DNA of 64,000 nt from NCBI GenBank assembly GCA_965208105.1, contig OZ242318.1, positions 512,001-576,000 on the forward strand. Direction: 5' to 3'. Under the pieces are notes generated by a model, which saw nothing but the letters and a program-made list of their open reading frames with translations, made no database searches and was not told the DNA's origin. The stretch comes from Candidatus Latescibacterota bacterium. GTDB taxonomy: Bacteria > Latescibacterota > UBA2968 > UBA8231. The position numbers and the translations under genes were made by a program. Position 1 is the first letter of the stretch. Every line of letters starts with the position of its first letter. Shown here one piece after another: positions 57,865-64,000 of the stretch.

Positions 57865-58872
57865 CTAGGCGCAAAGTGGATGGGCCATCTCCGGGCGGCG
57901 GAAGGGAACCTCGGTCTGGCCTCCCTGGTTGACCGTCGCCATGTGCGCCCGGGTATGGAGCCAGAGCCGCCGCCACTCGGACGGGTCGAGCAGTTCGCTG
58001 GCAGGTTCGCGGCGGCTGCGGGCGACGAACCCGGGGAAGCCGGTGCGCCCCGTGGGCTGGTCGGTGGGATTGTAGCGCAGGTCGAAGCTCCATCGCACCT
58101 CGTCGCTGAGGTTGGGATAGGAGCCGTGGATGGTCTGCTTGTGCATGAAGATCGCGTCGCCGCGCTGCACCGGCAAAGGGATGGCGCTCCCGGCGTCGAA
58201 GAGTTTTTCGGGGACCTGGGTGCCGCCGGCGAACTCGGGCCTGTTCCCCATGTAGCCGGGACAATGGGGCAAAAGTCCTTTTTTGTGCGAGCCCGGCACT
58301 ACCATCAGTGGACCCTTGTCGATGGGGGTGTCCTGGAGGGAGAACCACACGGTCAGCATGCGGGTGGCGTCGGCTTCCTCGGTGACGACGCCGTGGTCCT
58401 GGTGCCAGTGAGTGGCGCCGAGGACGGGGTTGCCATACTGGTTTTTGGGCAGAAGGCGCTCGGGAGGCTTGATGCGCACGTGCTGCACCGGGTTGGAGTA
58501 GATTTCCGGTCCGATGAGGGACTCCACCGCGTCCAGCAGGCCAGGATCGGTGAGGGCGCGGAAGACTGCCGGCCCAGTCCAGAACGGGGTGTCCGTCCGC
58601 ACGTCCTGAAAGGGCAGGGAGAAGTCGAAGTACTGGCTGTGGATCTGGCCGGTCTCCATGCAGATGCGGATGTAGCGGTCGCCGAATTCCAGCTCTGCGT
58701 AGGGCGAGGCGATCTCGCCCCGGGAATAGAGCTCGCCGGCCAGGCGGTCGAGGACGGTGGCATACTCGGCGATGACCGGATCGAGGGTTCCGACCGGGTC
58801 GACGACGTCCTTTACCACTACGTAACCTTCCCCGTCGAAGTGGTCCAGTTGGCCGGGGCTGAGGGTAGGCAT
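57865..58872 (-). CDS. PhyH-family dioxygenase
   Basis: HWHQD, VVPGSH, IHGSYPN...RWSFDLRY. Confidence 0.9.
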   Translation of the reverse strand: MPTLSPGQLDHFDGEGYVVVKDVVDPVGTLDPVIAEYATVLDRLAGELYSRGEIASPYAELEFGDRYIRICMETGQIHSQYFDFSLPFQDVRTDTPFWTGPAVFRALTDPGLLDAVESLIGPEIYSNPVQHVRIKPPERLLPKNQYGNPVLGATHWHQDHGVVTEEADATRMLTVWFSLQDTPIDKGPLMVVPGSHKKGLLPHCPGYMGNRPEFAGGTQVPEKLFDAGSAIPLPVQRGDAIFMHKQTIHGSYPNLSDEVRWSFDLRYNPTDQPTGRTGFPGFVARSRREPASELLDPSEWRRLWLHTRAHMATVNQGGQTEVPFRRPEMAHPLCA

Positions 58873-59090
58873 GGCATTTCCTCCTGTGGTCAGGGGAGGA
58901 TAACGGTGGTATTGGGTGGTACGGCGGGAGCCGGGGATGGTCGCCGAAGGCCAGGGAAGAGGAGGAAGGCGGGGGACACCATCAGGCGGTCCTGTTTACT
59001 GAATAAATTCGGCATGTTTTCACGATCTGACAAGTGGAATGACAAGGGGACGGCACCAAGGCAGCCCGTTGAAAAAGTCCATCCGGGACA

Positions 59091-60203
59091 CTAGTCGACC
59101 GCGAAGGAATGAATGGTCGCAGCTTCCATGGCATCCCAGTCGACCTCGAGGCCCAGACCGGGGCCTCGAGGCGCGTAGACGTATCCATCGGGTTGGGGGC
59201 GAATCACGTCCTTCATCCCGTACTCATAGGGCTCGAAGGGCACCGGCTGCTCGAAGTAGGAACAGTTGTGGTGGGCGAGCATGAGGTGGAGATTGGCCGC
59301 CGACGCCAGGCTGTATCCCCATGACATGATCTCGCACTTCATGCCGGCGGCCTCGGTGAGGGCGATGGCTTTGTCGGTCTGGGTTATTCCCCCCATTACG
59401 GCGGCGTCGGTCCGCGCTCTTCCCCACGCCCCGGTGCGGACGGCCGAGGCGAAGGAATGGAGGTCCTGAAACCAGTTGCCCGAGGGCAGAATGGGAATGT
59501 CGACCCGGCTGGTCAGCTCCCGGTAACCTTCCAGGTCGGAATCGTGCAGGGGGGCCTCGAACCAGGTGAATCCCATGGCTTCGAGCTCGCGGGCGACGCG
59601 AAGAGCTCCCTCGCGGTCGTAGTTGTTCTCGGCGTCGAGCATGAAGGCCACTTCGTTGCCGGGGTGGTTCTTGCGGACGGCGCGGGCGAGCTCCAGGTCC
59701 AGCTCGGGAATGCACCAGGTATGGAACTTGATCGCCCGGAAGCCCTGGGCGATGAATTTTCCGGCCTCTTCGAGGTAGGAATCCACGTCCTCGAAGAGCG
59801 GGGTGCTGGCGTAGGCCGGTATTCGATCCCGCACACCCCCCAGCATCCGGTAGAGGGGCAGTCCCGCCTCCCTGGCGGCCAGATCCCACAGAGCGATGTC
59901 GACGGCGGCGAGGGACTGGGGCGGCAGCGGAAATACCCGGGGCCTCATCTGGTGCCAGATGGACTCCCGCGAGAGAGGATCCTGTCCCAGCAGGATGGGG
60001 GCCAGGTGGCGGATGGCTTCGGCGGTGTAGCGCTCGAAGTCGAAGGAGGTGGCGTTCCAGACCCCGGAGACCCCCTCCACCCCCTCGTCGGTGCCGATCC
60101 TCACCACCGTGTTGGTTGAGTACTGGTCGGGCAGATCCTCAGACCAGGTGAAGCGGTCCAGCGGCGGGGCCACGGCCCTCACTTCGACCCTGGTGATTTT
60201 CAT
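59091..60203 (-). CDS. Mandelate racemase/muconate lactonizing enzyme family protein
   Basis: VDIALWDL, LYRMLGG, MLDA, WFEAP, PGLGLEVD. Confidence 0.9.
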   Translation of the reverse strand: MKITRVEVRAVAPPLDRFTWSEDLPDQYSTNTVVRIGTDEGVEGVSGVWNATSFDFERYTAEAIRHLAPILLGQDPLSRESIWHQMRPRVFPLPPQSLAAVDIALWDLAAREAGLPLYRMLGGVRDRIPAYASTPLFEDVDSYLEEAGKFIAQGFRAIKFHTWCIPELDLELARAVRKNHPGNEVAFMLDAENNYDREGALRVARELEAMGFTWFEAPLHDSDLEGYRELTSRVDIPILPSGNWFQDLHSFASAVRTGAWGRARTDAAVMGGITQTDKAIALTEAAGMKCEIMSWGYSLASAANLHLMLAHHNCSYFEQPVPFEPYEYGMKDVIRPQPDGYVYAPRGPGLGLEVDWDAMEAATIHSFAVD

Positions 60204-60353
60204 GGCAAATCCTACTCTCCTGGAAGGCTTCTGTCCGGGGCCAATGGCCCTGTAGCGTTTTGAACGGAGTGCCCTTTTGTTATACTACCATACCAAACGC
60301 GATAAAATGCGGATCCACAACGGACGAAGCAAGCACCCCTGCAGGAGACGGCG

Positions 60354-61202
60354 ATGATCAATTTTCCTCGTTCCACCTTTACCTGGGAAGCCCACCCCTT
60401 CAAGCCGCACCCTCATTACAGATGGCCGGGAGGATTCGTCGGCGAGCCAGGCCAAATCTACCACGTGCGCTTCATCCTGGAAGCCCGCTGCGCCTTGCGC
60501 GACGGCGGCGGGGCCGAGCTTGCCGAGCTATTTCTGGGCGCAGCCTGCCGTAGCGAATACACCATCGCCAGCGAAAATCTGTTCCAGATCCCCAGCGGCG
60601 AGTGGCGCATGGCCTTCAGCCGCTCCTCCTCCCCGGCCATCGCCGAGCGCCCGAGCACCGAGACCGAGCCGGTGAGAGCGCGCCCACTCGCCGAGGCCTA
60701 CGGCGATTTCTCCATCGACGTGCGCTCCCATCCGGCATGGGAGGCACTGGAGGATGGAGAGGCCATCGCCGCCTCGACCTTTGCAGGGGATGCTCAAAAC
60801 GCCCGCTCCGTGTACCGTGACGAGGCGACCGGCATCGAAGTGGAACTCGAATACCCCATCAAAGTCATGAACCTCCATCGCCCCGGCGGCCAGTACCAGG
60901 TCTGTACCGGACCGCTGCTTCTTCCCGACCTGGCGACCTGGGACGGGAAAGACCTGCACCGGGTCTTCGTCGCCCACGCCGCCTTCTCGGGCAGCGACCG
61001 GGTGGAGTTCATTCTGCGGCGCCCGGTGCGTGCGTCCCCCGAGGAGCGCGCCTGGCTCGACCTGCCCCGGGGCCGAGACCGGCTGGAGCTGCACGACCCT
61101 TCCAACCCGCCCTCCGGCTACCCGCCCCCGCGGCATCAACCCCTGATCTACAACGAGACCTGGGATCTGGCCGCGCACAACGTGGTTCTGCGGGCGGATT
61201 GA
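60354..61202 (+). CDS. Hypothetical protein
   Basis: RBS AGGAG, coding-like codon usage; no family recognised. Confidence 0.7.
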   Translation: MINFPRSTFTWEAHPFKPHPHYRWPGGFVGEPGQIYHVRFILEARCALRDGGGAELAELFLGAACRSEYTIASENLFQIPSGEWRMAFSRSSSPAIAERPSTETEPVRARPLAEAYGDFSIDVRSHPAWEALEDGEAIAASTFAGDAQNARSVYRDEATGIEVELEYPIKVMNLHRPGGQYQVCTGPLLLPDLATWDGKDLHRVFVAHAAFSGSDRVEFILRRPVRASPEERAWLDLPRGRDRLELHDPSNPPSGYPPPRHQPLIYNETWDLAAHNVVLRAD

Positions 61203-61412
61203 GCCCGGAGACGGTGGAGATGCAGGCCAGGTGTGCCCTCCGAACCCCCCATTGTTCTGCGGGCAGGAGTGATCGTGGACCCTTTTGCAAAGAGGCCAGG
61301 GGCACGCAAGAGTGAAGATCGCCCGGCAGGGTCCGGGAAGCGGTGGACATCCCGGCGGAATAGCTGCTGTATCAAGCAGCGGCCTTACGACAATGTTTAA
61401 AGGAGAAGAGCA

Positions 61413-61763
61413 ATGGCCAAGAAGTTGGAATGGCGCTACCACCGCCCAGGCTGAACCAGCTGCAAGCACGCACAAGAGTTCCTTGTGCTCAAAGGCATTG
61501 GCGACGGAGTGGTGCAGAATGCGGCGAAAGACCCGATCGAGGGTTCTGAGACCCTCGCCCTGCTGGAGGACGCCACCGAGCTGTTGGTCGCCAGGGGCAA
61601 GCGGGTCCTGCGCTTCGACCTGGGTAACCGGCGTCCCCCGGACGAGGAGCTGCTCGGGCTTCTGTTGGGACGCTCGGGCAAGCTGCGGGCTCCGGCGCTG
61701 CGCTACCGCACCCGCCTGATCGTGGGCTACAACCAGGAACTGCTGGCGCAGGGGCTGGGATAG
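61413..61763 (+). CDS. ArsC/Spx-like thioredoxin-fold selenoprotein (UxxC)
   Basis: RBS AAGGAG; MAKKLEWRYHRPG-TGA(61452)-TSCKHAQEF is in frame with the 61485 ORF, which has GKLRAPALR...IVGYN. Confidence 0.85.
61455..61489 (+). promoter_or_regulatory. Candidate bacterial SECIS hairpin
   Basis: GCACAAG-AGTTC-CTTGTGC stem at 61470-61488, 15 nt after the UGA, with G in the apical loop. Confidence 0.7.
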
Positions 61764-62057
61764 ACAGGGGAAGGGTTCGATCCAAGTGGGTTGGAGCTTC
61801 TGTTTCAGGTAGTCGGCTGCAGACCGGAGCGCCAAGGCAATTTGGCCCCAGAGCTTCCTCGGAGCGGAGGCCTCCACCGTGCCTTGTCCTGAGGTGAGCT
61901 GTGCGAGGCAAGCTGCCGCGCCCGGCAGCAAACCTGGCCATAGCATTCTCTTCTCTATCCTCGGCGTGACCAAGTTTGGCAGAGTATCTTAATATATGGC
62001 GACATTTTCTACCTGTGCGCGGCTCTCCCAGGCATCGTCATCGAGAAGGATGGAACA

Positions 62058-63581
62058 GTGACCGATTTTCGCGTCGACGCCAGGCTGGTCCAGCGCGCCG
62101 TGGTGACCCTGGCCGCGGTAGGAGCCTACCGCCTGGTCCAGCAGGTCGTCACCGTCCCCGGCTTCGACCATTCGGTGATGGCCGAGTTCTTCGGGGGCTC
62201 TCAGGGTCCTCCGGGCCTGCCGGGTGTGGCATTGGATTTAATTCTCCCAAACTACATCGCCGCCTCGGTCATGGTCCTCCTCCTCAGTGCAGTAGTACCC
62301 TTCCTCAAGCGCCTGCGCGAGGGAGGGGCCGAGGAACAAAAGCGCCTGCAACGCATCATCATAGTCCTCACCCTTTTCCAGACCGCGGCTTCAGCCCTGC
62401 AAACCGCTTACTACCTCGAGGAGATCCACGGGCCTGTGTTCGCTCCCTTGGAGGGTATCCACGGACCACTGCCCACTCTGCCGGCTATCCCCGATCCGGG
62501 GTGGGGGTTTCGCGCCGGGGTGGTGCTGACCCTTGCCGCCGCGGCCATGCTGGTCCTCTGGCTTGCCCACCTGGTCACGGCACGGGGCCTCGGCAACGGG
62601 GTCGTCCTGCTGCTGGCCTCCGACATCCTGGCGCAGTGGCCTGCTGCCGTGCAGGCCCAGTGGGACGCCTTGAGGAACGTCCCCGATCCCCTGCACCAGG
62701 GACTCAGAGCTCCCCTCTTCATCCTCGCCGTGCTCGTACTGGCGGTGATCCTGGTGATGGCGCAGCGCAGGGTAGAGCTGGAACGGATCTCGGGCACAGG
62801 CACCCACAGTGGACCGGCTCCGGCCCTTCCTCTCAGGATCAATCCGGTCGGTGTTCTGCCCCTCATGTTGGCCCAGGGATGGCTCCATTTCGGCATATTT
62901 TCCTTGAGCCCCGGTCCCTTGCTCAACCACACTCCTGTCTCCGGTATCGCATTCTGCCTGCTCGTCGCACTGCTCGCCTACCTCTACGCCGCCGTCACCT
63001 TCCATCCCCGCGACGCGGTCGAGCGCCTGCAACGCTACGGCTTCCGGCTCAGGGAAGCCGCCTCCCCGGAGGACGCCGCCCGCCGTCTGCGCGCCACCCT
63101 GAACCGGGTCATGGTTCCGGGCATCGTGGGGATCTGCGTCCTGGGATTGGCGCCCTGGATCGCAGCGAACTGGATGGACATTCCGCCAGCGGGCACCCTG
63201 TTTGGCCTGGAATGGCTGGTGCTTGCCGCCGTGGGTCTGCACCTCGTGGAGCAGGCCAGAAGCAGACAGGCCGGCGCCGGGGCCGACCAGGTGGTGGTAT
63301 TGGCGGCCGAGACCAGGTTCGAGCTCGACCTCGCCGCAGATATCCTGCGCCGGCAGGGCATCCCCAGCCGGCCCCTGGACAACCGGGTCATCAGCGCCAC
63401 AGGCACCTTCGCCTTCTGGGAGGTGAGCCGTCCGCGCTGGCCGAGCTGGACCATTTACCGACACCTCGGCGGCGGCGACGCGGTCCTCCTGGTCGACCGG
63501 GCTGATGCCGAGAGAGCCAGGAACGCGCTGGGCGAAAACGGCCTCCTGGAAATGGCGACTGCGGCGAATAGGCGGAGGTGA
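62058..63581 (+). CDS. Divergent SecY-like membrane protein fused to a DUF2007-like C-terminal domain
   Basis: SecY-like blocks PNYIAASVMVLLL..VVPFLKRL, LWLAHLVTARGLGNG, LPLRINPVGVLP, YAAVTFHPRD; tail LAADILRRQGIP...LLVDRADAERA. Confidence 0.75.
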   Translation: MTDFRVDARLVQRAVVTLAAVGAYRLVQQVVTVPGFDHSVMAEFFGGSQGPPGLPGVALDLILPNYIAASVMVLLLSAVVPFLKRLREGGAEEQKRLQRIIIVLTLFQTAASALQTAYYLEEIHGPVFAPLEGIHGPLPTLPAIPDPGWGFRAGVVLTLAAAAMLVLWLAHLVTARGLGNGVVLLLASDILAQWPAAVQAQWDALRNVPDPLHQGLRAPLFILAVLVLAVILVMAQRRVELERISGTGTHSGPAPALPLRINPVGVLPLMLAQGWLHFGIFSLSPGPLLNHTPVSGIAFCLLVALLAYLYAAVTFHPRDAVERLQRYGFRLREAASPEDAARRLRATLNRVMVPGIVGICVLGLAPWIAANWMDIPPAGTLFGLEWLVLAAVGLHLVEQARSRQAGAGADQVVVLAAETRFELDLAADILRRQGIPSRPLDNRVISATGTFAFWEVSRPRWPSWTIYRHLGGGDAVLLVDRADAERARNALGENGLLEMATAANRRR

Positions 63582-63669
63582 CCACGGACGCCGGGATGGC
63601 GCCGCCGGACCTGGAAATTTAACACCCTGGGCACATGGCTTCCCCCAACCCGCCATCGAAAGGAGCACC

Positions 63670-64000
63670 ATGTCCTTCAAGTTCGTCTTTCTTTCCCCCG
63701 GCAGCGAACGCAACCGCTTCCTGGCTTCTGCCATGGCGGCGGTCCCGGGGATGGAGATCGTCCATTGCGAAAACCGCTCGGAAGACCTCGAAGCTCTCCC
63801 CGGTGCCCAGGCCTGCTTCGGCACCCTGGACCCTGAGCTTCTGGCCTCGGCCCACCGGCTCCGATGGCTGGCCGCCCCGGCAGCCGGTCCGCCAAAGGGC
63901 TACTACTTTCCCGAGCTCATCGCCAGCGACGTGGTGGTGACCAATTTCCGCGGCATCTTCAACGACCACATTTCCGCCCATATCATGGCCTTCGTGCTCG
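63670..64000 (+). CDS. D-2-hydroxyacid dehydrogenase family protein (runs off the window end)
   Basis: RBS AAGGAG; RLRWLAAPAAG...VVVTNFRGIFNDHISAH. Confidence 0.85.
   Translation, partial: MSFKFVFLSPGSERNRFLASAMAAVPGMEIVHCENRSEDLEALPGAQACFGTLDPELLASAHRLRWLAAPAAGPPKGYYFPELIASDVVVTNFRGIFNDHISAHIMAFVL

Noticed and set aside
61764-61810. GGTTCGATCC T-loop-like sequence suggesting a tRNA
   Set aside because: No cloverleaf can be built; more likely a weak terminator-like hairpin after the selenoprotein gene

Overview
Bacterial, mostly GC-rich window with no rRNA, tRNA, CRISPR array or transposase that I can see. The lineage is unknown; the gene content (four PhyH dioxygenases, DUF5916, TolC) fits a diderm, possibly Latescibacterota-like, which is low-confidence inference. 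Positions 1-22.4 kb are an accessory locus built around what looks like an uncharacterised RiPP system. Its core is a 52-aa Cys-rich precursor (two tandem CxL[Y/W]SCxPVS units plus an acidic DDESGDILF tail), a radical SAM/SPASM maturase, an S8 protease fused to a TIGR04066/DUF1611-like P-loop domain, an acyl-carrier-like protein, a BtrH/papain-fold-like protein, and an S41 protease whose catalytic Ser position appears to be Cys. Transport and regulation genes include a fused ABC exporter, three tandem ABC permeases with variable loops, TolC plus two unusual C-terminally anchored adaptor-like proteins, and a NarL-type two-component system with a palindromic promoter box present three times. The precursor gene is enclosed by a perfect 17-bp inverted repeat whose pairing extends over its Shine-Dalgarno, and the locus carries several gene scars. 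Positions 22.5-64 kb are mostly housekeeping and metabolic genes (sugar ABC transporter, pabB/C fusion, glnB-glnE, rfbA cluster, ggt, thrS, phoD, peptidases, PhyH). Notable items there are a UGA-containing ArsC-like selenoprotein with a SECIS-like hairpin that the ORF track missed, an orphan SecY paralog fused to a DUF2007-like domain, a candidate leader-peptide attenuator before thrS, and a single-base frameshift in a DUF5916 gene. All family assignments are by eye from motifs; no searches were run.
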